From Craspedostauros australis (Eukaryota), in NCBI GenBank assembly GCA_030167865.1, contig JALAGF010002103.1, forward strand, positions 1 through 58,012: a stretch of DNA of 58,012 nt, in the 5' to 3' direction. Below, one piece after another: positions 1-10,742 of this stretch. Numbering within the stretch: position 1 is the first letter of the stretch; every line of letters starts with the position of its first letter. The notes beneath the pieces are model-generated. The model did not search any database, was not told where the DNA came from, and was given only the letters and a program-made list of their open reading frames with translations. The translations under genes were made by a program, and so were the position numbers.

Positions 1-112
1 GCCGAGGTGAAGACGATGTCGTGGTGATTGGCGAAGCACTGTCGTCTGCGTCGTACAGATCGCCAATGCGCTTCGTCGTATTCCAAGACGATTGGATGTT
101 GCTGGTTTCCAT
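1..112 (-). CDS. Possible 5' end of a gene running off the left edge (METSNIQSSWNTTKRIGDLYDADDSASPITTTSSSPR...)
   Basis: ATG at 112 in an ACA-ATG context; frame is open to position 1; divergent from the ADK gene. No recognisable motif. Confidence 0.3.
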   Translation of the reverse strand, partial: METSNIQSSWNTTKRIGDLYDADDSASPITTTSSSPR

Positions 113-550
113 TGTGAGATTGGTTGACGCGGACTCATGTTGGCTGTCCTGGCATGGCACATTCTGTTGTTGCTGCACACGGTCATCACGTTGTCTTGCA
201 GAGGAAGAGTCACACGATGTCTCTTCCTCTGTTGTGACTCGTTTTTCATGACGTGGAATCCGTTCCCTGTGACGTAGACGACGGATCAGCGAGAGTAAAC
301 ACGAAATAGCTCTAAATATACAATCGCCGTTTCTCCCAAAAGCAAGCAAACCAGTGGCAACAAGGGGCCAAAACTCTACAACTAGTGCTATCGCGACACC
401 GTTTTACATTGAGTGCAGCTAGTACTATCGGCGTCGATGCGATTGCTTGCGGTTTGATTCCATCCAAAACACTTCGCGAGGAGAGAGCAGCGGACAAAGA
501 GAGAGGACATCAACGAACGGAGAAACGTCGCCAACCGAAGAACAACCATC

Positions 551-1276
551 ATGTCACAGCGCCTCCGACACAACCTGGCACTCATCGGACCACCCGGTTC
601 TGGGAAGGGGACGTACGGTAAATACTTATCCCAAGCACTCGCCGTACCCTTGGTGACGGTCTCCGATGTTCTGCGCCAACATCTGCCTTCCCTGGATCTG
701 ACATCAGGACAGCTGGTCGACGACGATGTCGTCAATGATGCCATCCATTCTCACGTCCGACCGATGCGCGGCGGATACATCATGGACGGCTTCCCGCGCA
801 CCATCGCGCAGGTGCAGGCCATGGAAACCAGCTGGAAGCTGTCACGCAGGATCCATTCGGCAATCTTGCTCGATGTGCCGGATTTCGTTTGTCGAGCCAA
901 GACTCTGGGCCGCCGAGTCTGTCGGCTGTGTGGTGGCAACTATAACGTGGCGGGCGTGAATTCGCTGGGGTTCGATCTGCCGCCCAATCTGCCGGCCGGC
1001 GATCGGTGCTGTCCCGAGAATGGCGGTGGTGAACCCAATGTGGATTGGATCATTCGCGACGATGATGTGGAGGACATCGTGCAGAAACGACTGCGGATCT
1101 ATCACGAGCACGCGGATCCCATCATCTCGCACTTCGAGAGCAAGGGGCAGCTGCTGCGGCTTGTGCCCTACAAGGGTCACGCTGAGGTTGAGCAGCTCGT
1201 ATCGACTGTGCAGGAATGGGTGTCAGCGCGGTCCGCCGAGGGCGTTGGTGTCGATGCAGCCCATGCAAGATTATGA
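551..1276 (+). CDS. adk: Adenylate kinase family protein
   Basis: P-loop GPPGSGKGT, GQLVDD, YIMDGFPRT, LID region RRVCRLC...RDDD, RLRIYH. Confidence 0.93.
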   Translation: MSQRLRHNLALIGPPGSGKGTYGKYLSQALAVPLVTVSDVLRQHLPSLDLTSGQLVDDDVVNDAIHSHVRPMRGGYIMDGFPRTIAQVQAMETSWKLSRRIHSAILLDVPDFVCRAKTLGRRVCRLCGGNYNVAGVNSLGFDLPPNLPAGDRCCPENGGGEPNVDWIIRDDDVEDIVQKRLRIYHEHADPIISHFESKGQLLRLVPYKGHAEVEQLVSTVQEWVSARSAEGVGVDAAHARL

Positions 1277-1721
1277 TCGAACAATCCACGATCGTGTACC
1301 ACCAGCACGGAATGAGACGTTTTGCTCTCCAGATTCATGTGCTCCAATCATGTAATGGTAGGTAGTACGCACGGATGAGGTCGGCAGCATTGCGCCAGAT
1401 GCAGTAGAGGAGAGTAGTCCGCGCCAATGACCAAGTCAGTCGATGGCATCACCCAGCAGAGCATGAACAGTATCATGCTCATCATCGTCATCATCAACAT
1501 AGGCACAGCAACACAAAGCTCATGATAAAGTACTTGCTTTGCTCTCTAGGATTATTGGTTGTAATGTTGCCGTTGCTGTTGGCGTCGCCCTTCCTGCTGT
1601 TAATGGTACAGAGTTACGGCCTTGTTGGATTGGTGCTGGATGCTGGATTGCATTGCTATTGCGTCTTCGAGGTTGCACACGCGCAACAAATACTATGCAT
1701 GGTGTCAGCGTGCAAGAAGAA

Positions 1722-4700
1722 TCACTGGTTGGTTTGGCGGATGCTTGCCAGAACCTGCCGCGCGCGCTCCGCGCAACGATCGGGGAATCTCGCAGATGCG
1801 TGGTCCATCAGGGTGGTCACCTCCTCGGCGCTCTGCCTCACAAGCTCCACGTTGTCCATCGACAGCGTGAAGTTGCGCAGCGCCACGCAGGCATGCTCCT
1901 GCAGACGTTCCGAGTTGGGGAAGCGCTTCATGGCTGTGATGATGGCCTGGACTTCGCCTTCGGATGCCACCATCACCTCGTTGGTTTGGATATTGACGGC
2001 CAGACTGGACAGCGCGCGGCATGCCTCAATCTGCAACGCCTCGGATGCGTAGTGCGCCCACATGGCGTAGACGATGGAGTGGATGCCACCGTTCTCTCGG
2101 ATCAGAGTCTTGTTGCGAGAGTTCGATGACAGAGTGCACAGACACCCGCATGCCTGCTTCTGCACTTTTTCGTACGAAATGTTGGCCAGCATACCGTTCA
2201 CGAGGAGTTTGATGCCGCCTGAGTCGGCGATTCGGACCTGGTTTTCCTCCAGAACACCCAGACTCCACATGGTGGTAAATGCCCTCTCCAGCACCGACGG
2301 TGAGCCCATGAACTCGTTGATGGCGAACGTCACGGCGTCCACCCCGCTGGCTTCGGCGATGGCACGCTTGGCATCTCGGCTGCGCATGGACACGTTCTGA
2401 AGCACGCCGAGGACCTTCTCTTGGAGGACGGGGGAGTTCCTTTGGTGCCTCATGATCCTAATGACTGTCTCCACCATGTTCGAACCGGCCAGCACCTGCT
2501 CCTCGGCATCCGACGACAAATTGAGAAGCGCGGAGCAGGCGGCCTCCAGCAGATCCACGCTGTCTTGGAACGAGGCCATTGCGTTGACCAGCAGGATGAT
2601 GCCGCCTTGGGACGATATCAGCATTCTGGACTCGTGATCGATGCTCAGGTGCGATAACGCCCGGCATGCGTTGAGCTGGATCTCGGGGTTGTGGGAGAAG
2701 ATGGCCAACGCGCTGACGATCATGTCAATGCCATCGGTCTCGGCGATGCTCAGATTCACTTGCAGGTTCTCCGTCGATGCCAACATGGCAAGGATCGTGC
2801 ATCCCTTCTCCTGGATCGCCTCGTGCTGCTCGTGCTCCACCATGCAGTCAATGACTAGGACGATGACACCAAACTGGACCACCAGCTCCCTGTGCAGCAC
2901 GGACAGGCTGAGGATGACGTCCAGGAACTGCGCGATCATGGAGGCGTTCCTCACGTCGCATTCAATGACGAAGTCCAGGATGCACATGATCATGTCGATG
3001 TCGTCATCGGAGATTTGAATCGGGTTCTCGCGGATGGCTTGGAGGACGCAACACAAGGCACCTGATCCAGCGAACTGGATGGTGGAGCTGAACGCTGAGC
3101 CTTCTCCTCGGTGCTGCGCCATGATCCCAATCACTGCCTGGAAGAGCGTGGACAGCACGTTCGCTGGTTGCTCTGGGAACTTCGCGATGAAGGACCATAT
3201 TGCACCGAGAGCTTCGACACGCACATCGACGGTGCTTGTCGGGCTGTTAACAATGCCCACCAGCGTATCGGGCATGGACTGCATGTCGGTGCGAGCCATG
3301 TTGGGGGAGGCGGCGAGGAACAGATTCCGCAGCACCGTGCATGCAGCCATGGCGGTTGGAGGGTATCGTCTCAGGGCAGAATCGATCGCGGGGATGAGCA
3401 CCGGGGGGATGTCCATAGTTGTGGCGGGCGTGTTGGTTTCATCTGCGGGGTCGGTCGTCAGCACAGAGATGAAGTCTAGCAGACTCCGCGCCGCGCCGTC
3501 GGATGTCGACATCTCCAAGCCTCTGGCCGCGTGCGACAGGGTGCCCGTGGTTGCCAAAGTCTGCCGCAGTGATTCGGACTGCGAGCAAAGCGACGTCAGC
3601 ACGCTGCAGCACGAGGCTTGGACGGTTGGGTTTTCATCATCAATCCCCGTCGCCAGCTGGGCTGCCAGGTTGCCATCCTTCAGACTGTCAGCGAACGACG
3701 GATACTTCGTGCACAACGCCGACAGTGCGTGGACCGTCGTCTCGCTAACTTGCTCGTCGCCCATGGAGGCGGCCATTTGTTTGATGGTATCGAGTGGCAG
3801 GTCGCTGGCGTTGGGGATGCTCAGACTCACGTTGGCCACGAAGATGCACAGCGCATCGGCAATCTCGATCACGTGCGCGTGCTTCGTTCCGGCTGCCTGC
3901 AGCGCTGGCTTGATCCGGCCGACGATGTCATGGTCGAAGGATCCCGGTTCGCTGGAGAGCATGCAGAGCAGCATGAGGCCGTGCTTGAGCAATTCGGCGT
4001 TCTCCGTACCTGCCAACAGGGCATCGGCAATGAGTTGCGTGCCCCCGCTCGATATCAACGATTTGCTGCGATTGTTCCTTCGTGAGATGGTCGTGAGGAG
4101 CTTGAAGCACGAGGTTTGCACATCCTGGTTGTTTGGATTTTCCCGCAGGATGCGAATGCAAGCCGAGGCGCAATCGGGGGCGTAGCTTCCGAGGTAGTAT
4201 TGCGTTGCGAAAAGTGAAAGTTGGCACAGCATCTCAGCACCAACCTCGAAGCATTCCGGCGAAGTCGTCTCATGTTTGAGGACGCGGAAGCAAATTGCCA
4301 TGCAGTCCTCTTCGATCAGGCGGGATGTGATTCGTTCCACGGAGGCTTCGTCGGGGCCATCCAGCATCCTCCAAAGGAGCTTGAAGGCGTAGTACTCTGC
4401 CCACGTCTCGGTCGTGTGATTCCTCATGCCAGTGACGATGGCGCTGATTCCGTTGGCCTCTTCGATGGCCGATCTGTTGTGCTGTACTTGCTGGTAGTGT
4501 GGTGAATTGGCGGCAGCGGACGAGTCGGTGGCGGACGGCGACTGCGCTCTTGTCTGTCCATCAGATCCAGGCTGGTCCTGGCTGCCATCACCGGTCGCTG
4601 GTGAAACCAGGAGGAGGAGCACGCGACACGCCCATTCGAACACCAACGGGGAGTTGCTGTGAGTTGACATTGTCTCCACGATGGTCTCGACGCCGCCTTT

Positions 4701-6452
4701 GTTGGCGATGTGACCGATGTTCTCGATGGAGGCAGCGATGGATGCCGTGGCGCCCAGCGCCCACTCCACTGTTTCTGCATCATCCTTGTTCGATGAGGAG
4801 GACCGTATCATGCCCAGCATGCCGTTCAACAGCCCGCTTTCGACCGCCAGCGATCGATTTGCGCTGGACTTGGCGGTCTGGCTCCACACCACGCTGACGG
4901 CGCATCTCATGGCCCTCTTGTTGTCCTTGTGCTGATCCATGACGTCTTTCACGATGTGCAGTATGTCCGGGTGATCAGCTGCGAGGTTCCGAATGTCATG
5001 CAGCTTCCTCTTGACGATGGTGACATCGCCCATGTTGTCCTTGAGAGATTGAAGGAGGGCCTCCAATTCTTCGTCACCGGAACTTTTGTAATTCTCATCC
5101 TCTTCCCGATTGGCAAAGGATGTGCGGACAGCCGCAAGCGAATCCTGGAATGACGGGAGTTGGCTGCTGGATCGATTGATGTAGCCGCCCCCACTGTTGA
5201 AGGAGCCCGTGATCGATGGCATCGATTGGTTGAACTGCTGTTGTTGTTGCTGCTGCTGCTGTTGCTGTTGAAATTGCTGCTGGAATTTCTGATGGTATTG
5301 CTGTTGATACTGTTGCTGGTACTTTTGATGGTACTGTTGCTGATACTGCTGTTGCGTGGTGAGGCCGTTGTTCAAGTTCGTGTTCGCGCCTGCGTTGATG
5401 TTTGCGCCGTTAGTGCCAGCAGTGTTGCCTAGGTTGGTTTGGCTGCTGTTGCTGCTGCTGTTGGAGGTGGTGCCCGAGTTGGTGCTATTGGTGCCCGGGT
5501 TGCCGGATCTGTGATGCGAAGATCCTGGACTGGGTGACAGGTGGAATGCTGGCGGAGCAGGCGCGGATTGCGTCCTCGCCAAGTCCCCCTGCCGCTGGTG
5601 CTTGATATCGCGCAGTGACCCAGAATGATTGAGGTTGTTGGATGCCGACGACGCAGCGGTGGACGAATGCATGCTTCTGTTGTGATCGGAGGAACGATTG
5701 TGCGAGGATCCAGACTGATCGATAGGTGCGGATATGGTTCGTTTTGGATGGCCGACTGCTTTGCGCATTGCGTTGCCTTTGGGGCTTGGAAGGGCTGCTG
5801 ACATGGAGGTGTTGAGGTTTGGAGACGAGGTGTGCATGCCCATGTTGCTGCTGTTGCCGTTGTTGGCGTGCCCCGCACTGGCACCGCCGGCGCTCTTGTT
5901 GCTGCCGGAGTTCGTCGCATTACCAGGGTTGTTGCTGCCACCGGCAATGCCGCCGTTGTTGAGGTTGCCGCTGCCACTAGTACTGGTGCCGGCAGTGCCG
6001 TTGGTCGCATTGCCGTTGTTAATGTTGCTCCTGTGGTGTGAAGCAGCAGCATGGCGGCTCATTGCGTTGTTGGAGTAATTGATAGCTCTGACGACACCCT
6101 TGAACCGACCCGTCGCTGATGTTTGTGGACGCGCCGCTGAGCTGGATGGTACTGAGGATACGCCTGACGACACTGACGACTCGTTGCGGGCCTGCCATTC
6201 CAGGAGGACGGTGTTGGGCACAGCATCTTGGTTGCATCTCACGCAGATTCCCTGGTAGACGTCCTTGTTGCTAATGGGTGCCTTTCGCAGGAACTGACCA
6301 GAGTGCGTTTTGACTCCACATCGCACGCACAGGCCGCGGCGCCTTGCGATGTTGGCACGCTCTTCGGTCGACAGGGCCGTTCCGTTCCTGCCAAACATGG
6401 GAATGCCGCTCCCGCCCATCTCATCCTGGAAGGGGTGGATGTTGTTCATCAT
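1722..6452 (-). CDS. Large armadillo-repeat protein (1576 aa) with N-terminal CxxC..CxxC motif and N/S/Q-rich disordered region
   Basis: Single long ORF with many ARM-like units, e.g. VQKQACGCLCTLS..NKTLIRENGGIHSIVYAM, LQEHACVALRNF, IQLNACRALSHLS. Confidence 0.9.
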   Translation of the reverse strand: MMNNIHPFQDEMGGSGIPMFGRNGTALSTEERANIARRRGLCVRCGVKTHSGQFLRKAPISNKDVYQGICVRCNQDAVPNTVLLEWQARNESSVSSGVSSVPSSSAARPQTSATGRFKGVVRAINYSNNAMSRHAAASHHRSNINNGNATNGTAGTSTSGSGNLNNGGIAGGSNNPGNATNSGSNKSAGGASAGHANNGNSSNMGMHTSSPNLNTSMSAALPSPKGNAMRKAVGHPKRTISAPIDQSGSSHNRSSDHNRSMHSSTAASSASNNLNHSGSLRDIKHQRQGDLARTQSAPAPPAFHLSPSPGSSHHRSGNPGTNSTNSGTTSNSSSNSSQTNLGNTAGTNGANINAGANTNLNNGLTTQQQYQQQYHQKYQQQYQQQYHQKFQQQFQQQQQQQQQQQQFNQSMPSITGSFNSGGGYINRSSSQLPSFQDSLAAVRTSFANREEDENYKSSGDEELEALLQSLKDNMGDVTIVKRKLHDIRNLAADHPDILHIVKDVMDQHKDNKRAMRCAVSVVWSQTAKSSANRSLAVESGLLNGMLGMIRSSSSNKDDAETVEWALGATASIAASIENIGHIANKGGVETIVETMSTHSNSPLVFEWACRVLLLLVSPATGDGSQDQPGSDGQTRAQSPSATDSSAAANSPHYQQVQHNRSAIEEANGISAIVTGMRNHTTETWAEYYAFKLLWRMLDGPDEASVERITSRLIEEDCMAICFRVLKHETTSPECFEVGAEMLCQLSLFATQYYLGSYAPDCASACIRILRENPNNQDVQTSCFKLLTTISRRNNRSKSLISSGGTQLIADALLAGTENAELLKHGLMLLCMLSSEPGSFDHDIVGRIKPALQAAGTKHAHVIEIADALCIFVANVSLSIPNASDLPLDTIKQMAASMGDEQVSETTVHALSALCTKYPSFADSLKDGNLAAQLATGIDDENPTVQASCCSVLTSLCSQSESLRQTLATTGTLSHAARGLEMSTSDGAARSLLDFISVLTTDPADETNTPATTMDIPPVLIPAIDSALRRYPPTAMAACTVLRNLFLAASPNMARTDMQSMPDTLVGIVNSPTSTVDVRVEALGAIWSFIAKFPEQPANVLSTLFQAVIGIMAQHRGEGSAFSSTIQFAGSGALCCVLQAIRENPIQISDDDIDMIMCILDFVIECDVRNASMIAQFLDVILSLSVLHRELVVQFGVIVLVIDCMVEHEQHEAIQEKGCTILAMLASTENLQVNLSIAETDGIDMIVSALAIFSHNPEIQLNACRALSHLSIDHESRMLISSQGGIILLVNAMASFQDSVDLLEAACSALLNLSSDAEEQVLAGSNMVETVIRIMRHQRNSPVLQEKVLGVLQNVSMRSRDAKRAIAEASGVDAVTFAINEFMGSPSVLERAFTTMWSLGVLEENQVRIADSGGIKLLVNGMLANISYEKVQKQACGCLCTLSSNSRNKTLIRENGGIHSIVYAMWAHYASEALQIEACRALSSLAVNIQTNEVMVASEGEVQAIITAMKRFPNSERLQEHACVALRNFTLSMDNVELVRQSAEEVTTLMDHASARFPDRCAERARQVLASIRQTNQ

Positions 6453-7186
6453 ATTGCGGTCTGCTCGGACAGCTGTCTGCGGCGGCGCTTGCAGTTAGCG
6501 TTGAGTGTGAGCCTCTGTTGGCTCCGTGTCACCCTCCTGGTGAGACAACCGTTGGAGCGCGGCGAATGATAATTCCGTGTCCAAACGTTGCTGTTGCGAC
6601 TGCAGCTGCAAGTCCGTCCAAGTGCGACCTGTGATTGGCTTGCCCCGCTGGCTTCGAACCAACCGAATGCCCAAACGAGACGAATGGCAGTGGCAGTAGC
6701 AGTGACAGCAGTGGTGACAGCAAGAATCAGAACAGCCAACGACGATGTTGCGTTCTCCGATCCCAACCTCTGGAATGCTATTGCCGTGCTCTGCCGTTCT
6801 TTGGAGATGTCCCGCTGCTCCTTGGCTGCGCTGGGCTACGCTGCACTGTGTTGTATCACTGTTGTATCACTGTTGTGCCGTGGTGAATGGTCCAGGTCGT
6901 GGGTATGGTGTGTGCGGATGGAGGAGAGAGGAGAATGGGATCCCTGTGTCCAACCCAAGTCGCGGCGGCAGCAGTGGGAACGGAACGGGAAGCACGTCCG
7001 ACTTCGTTTGTTTGGTTCCTTTCCTTGCTCGCTCGCCTTGCTTGTTTGCTTCTTTGCTGTTCAGTTCGAAGCGAACAATAAAGTTTACAGGTCGCGGCTA
7101 GTGACCTGACCCTTGAGTCACGAGCGGCAACACAGACTTTTCACGTCCCTGGTTCGAAGAGGCTCGTCTCCTTGCTTCTCCTCCCT

Positions 7187-7205
7187 TCTCTCTCTCTCTC
7201 TCTCT
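7187..7205. repeat. (TC)n microsatellite
   Basis: Direct observation, about 9 units. Confidence 0.9.
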
Positions 7206-8587
7206 TTCTGTTTCGTTTGGTGCCTTCGATGCTGCTGCCGGTGATGATCGAGTGATGCACGGCGCTGCGACGATGGTGTGGATGGAGCTGTTTGTGACAA
7301 CGTCGATGTGGATGATACGCTTGATTGGGAAGAGCTTTGGATCTGCTTGATCTTCCGTCTCTGCGATGGTGGCGTCGCAACCGAGATTTTCCCACGTTGC
7401 CTCTGTGTAGGTTTCGCTTGTTGTTGACGAAGATGGCGGAAGCAGGAAGAGCAACGAAGATGACATGAACGACCGCGCGGAAAGACGAACACGACGCGAT
7501 GACTGCACTCTTTTTCGCCCCCAGAAACCACGAACGGACAACCCCACCAATGTTGGCTTGCGCCGCCTGTGTTCTCTGGTTGCGCATTCAACCAACTTTG
7601 GGGGGTGTCCTGGAAAAAGGCGACGATGAAAGGGATGCAGCTGTCTTCTCCGTGTCGTCGGGTCATCCTGCGACATTGTGCACGGAACAACAATGTCGCG
7701 GTAGAGACATACATGCCGAACTTCGTTCACCAATCAGAATACAGGAGGTTTAGCACGATTGCCTTTTCGATCGAAATTGTGGTGGGACACACTAACTGAG
7801 TGGAACAGACGCGATATCTCCTCAGTGGTTTCCTAGAATTTCCATTCAATTAGATGTCACACGTTTTCACTGTAGCACTATGGACGAAACTAGAGCACGT
7901 CATGGGAAACCGAAACCTTGACGTAAGCTCATCTAATACATCTGTTTCTGTTGATCTACATCGTGAATAATCTGTTCCTATTGTTATCGATCCTTTCTTC
8001 CACATCCAAAAGCGCCAACTTCTTGAGGGGTAGACATTTACTCCACAAGAAGATGATTGGGATTGCGGCTGCTGCCTCGTTTGAGAACGGTGATGAGCAA
8101 AGTGGCATCTGCCAACGTTGTAGATTGCAGCATTCACTCGCACGAGGCTTGCGTTCGACACGTGCTGTCTGCTCTGCCGATTCTTTGGTGATGGCGATCA
8201 TTTGTTGGTGAGTGAAACACTGTTCGAAGACTTGCGGCATTCTTGAATCGCCCATCTCGCCAACCCAAGAAACGTCGCTGTGCTGTCCATTGGAAGACCG
8301 ATCTCGTGACAGAGTCATCAGTCGTTCCGTCCCTCACTCTGTCTCCAATCAGTTCCCTTTCGCCCATCCTTCCATCGATCTGTCCCTCTCTTTTGCTTTG
8401 CTTTGCTTTGTTTTGGGGTTGAAGATGAGCCTCCCACTGCTAGAATAGAGAGTAGCACCATGCGGAGAGTCCCTTTTCTCATATATCATGTCGTGGCACG
8501 GCATGGGAGTGCCCCACGGCATCCTTTTGTATTCTTCCTTCATCCATCGGCAGCATCTGCGCCGTCGTTCTACCACGCCAACAGCAT

Positions 8588-8863
8588 TCAGGACGAATTC
8601 TTCATCCGCGTGACGCTCTGATCCAAGCTGGTGATGGTCGCCACGATGGCATCGGGCGAAACACCCGCCAGCAGCAGATCCACAATCGCGCTCAAGGCCC
8701 GATCATTGAGGCCCGTCTTCAGCCGCCTCGATATGGAAGAGACGATGTCCATCTGATCGTTGGTCAACGTCGAGTTGATGCGAGGCGCCTTCTTCGCGTT
8801 CTCAGACGATGCCAGTTGCACTCGGTTGCGTTTCTCGTTGAATCTTCGGATGGATGATCGCAT
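8588..8863 (-). CDS. MZT1: MZT1/MOZART1/GIP-like gamma-tubulin complex subunit
   Basis: MDIVSSISRRLKTGLNDRALSAIVDLLLAGVSPDAIVATI matches the MOZART1 pattern (IS..L.TGL....L...V.L...GV.P.A.); the size (91 aa) fits. Confidence 0.75.
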   Translation of the reverse strand: MRSSIRRFNEKRNRVQLASSENAKKAPRINSTLTNDQMDIVSSISRRLKTGLNDRALSAIVDLLLAGVSPDAIVATITSLDQSVTRMKNSS

Positions 8864-9389
8864 GTTCGTGATTGCTGTTGTTCTTTTGTTGTTGGGAATG
8901 ATGCTATTGATGGCTATGATAGCAATGATGCTGTTGTGAGGATTGCATTGGCGTGTGTGTGTTGTGACATTGGCCTCCCTTGTTGCTTGTTCGTTGGTCG
9001 ATGCTCTGTTCTGTCGCGTTTCTGGTTTTGTGTTTGAAATTCAAAAATGAAACGATACAGACCTCGCATGTGCACATCCAACAAAGCAGAGCTCGTGACA
9101 CAGAATGAGAAACACGAAAAGATCTATCCATCCGTGTCAAGGTGATGTCTCCATGCCAATCATCCGCACCGAAAGGCTGACACACATCGGACGCCGAAAT
9201 CCAAAACGAAGGGAGCAATGGCATCAGTGCATGTATCGGATCTATCATGATCTCACGAAGGCCCTCCATTCCACCTCCCAACTGTCCACACTCGACGACC
9301 AACCCAACGCACCGATGTTGACCAACAATCCGTACAGCGCGTCGAACTCCATAAGCCAAATCTACAAACGATACAAAAGCAACCGCATC

Positions 9390-10179
9390 ATGAAGCTGTT
9401 CTGCATCATCTCCTTCTTCGCCGTCCTGGCAACCACGGCCACGGCCTACTCTCTGTCGAATGAAGCTTCGGGTGTGACGGCCCGCCGCGCTTTCATCCGC
9501 AACACGGCCGCCACCGTCGCCGTTGGCACCAACATCGCTCCGGCCATCGCGGACGATGCCGATCCGTACGCCGACTACACCGTCACCGAAAGTGGCCTTA
9601 AGTACCTCGTCACGAAGCAGGGCACAGGCGCTATTCCGAGTGCCGGGCAGGTCATCAAGGCCCATTACACCGGATGGTTGGATGATTTCGATTCCATCCG
9701 CAAGTTCGACTCGTCGCGCGATCGTGGTCGTCCATTCTCCTTCAAGGTGGGAGCCGGGCAAGTCATCCGAGGATGGGATGAATGTGAGTGATTCATACAA
9801 TAGTATGGTGGAGTACTGGTTGTGCTCTGGCTTCAAAGCTGCTGTTGCTATTGTCCTGTATGGCACTTGTGGAGTCGTTGAACCCAAAATACGTGCCTCC
9901 ACAATCCTCCGTCTCATTCTAATTCCCCAACCTCTCACACACACACACACATCGCATGCGCCTGCATCTTTCCATCGCATCTCTCACCATCATCATCAAC
10001 AACATCTACTATTGTACTCGATGATATCAACAAATACAGGCTTCTCGACCATGGCCGTTGGCGAACGCCGTCGTCTCGTCATCCCTCCACGCATGGGATA
10101 CGGAGACCGTGGAGCTGGCGGTGTCATCCCAGGTGGTGCCACACTCTACTTTGATGTGGAGCTTCTTTCGATCCAATAA
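9390..10179 (+). CDS. FKBP-type peptidyl-prolyl isomerase, probably thylakoid lumen; exons 9390-9783 and 10040-10179
   Basis: [41 protein letters not shown] | [37 protein letters not shown]. Intron GTGAGT (9784)..CAG (10039) restores the frame. Signal peptide and twin-arginine motif at the N-terminus. Confidence 0.93.
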
Positions 10180-10742
10180 ACAGCAACATGGTGATACTTG
10201 GGGCTCCAAGCGGCATTCTATGCATGTGAAATACTTTGGAAGTCTCGGTATCACGGAGAGTTCAATGACACAGCGTGCAAATGAAAATGGCAGAGCAACA
10301 GCTCTAATCATGTGATGGAAATCAACTACGCTACGAGTAGGGTACTGGAATCTGCAGTATGACATTCCACCAAATCTCTATTTGAGTGAAGTATCCATTT
10401 GGTAGCTTGCTTTCTTCGTCACTCGGAGGCTTACGTACAGTAGTTGGATTGTATCTTTTTTGTTTCTAGCCGCGGTGAATTCGCCGGAGGAGTGAGAGTA
10501 TCATGCAACACATTCATTAAAAACACTGTCATGTCAAGAGTCCATAATCGTTGACAACTCCGCGACTCTTTGAATGGAACACAGCATGGGTATGCGTATG
10601 CGTATGTATATGGACGATCACATGGCGTACAGTCTCACATTACATGCACGCAGCACCGGCCATCACTTGCACGAGGACCTCCGACCCTCCAACTCTCATT
10701 CGGGTAAGCGTGGTACGTAACAAGTACTCTGTTCCAGTTCCT

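Noticed and set aside
7750..8400. Relatively AT-rich intergenic stretch with several short ORFs
   Set aside because: No motif, terminal repeats or codon bias that I can support.
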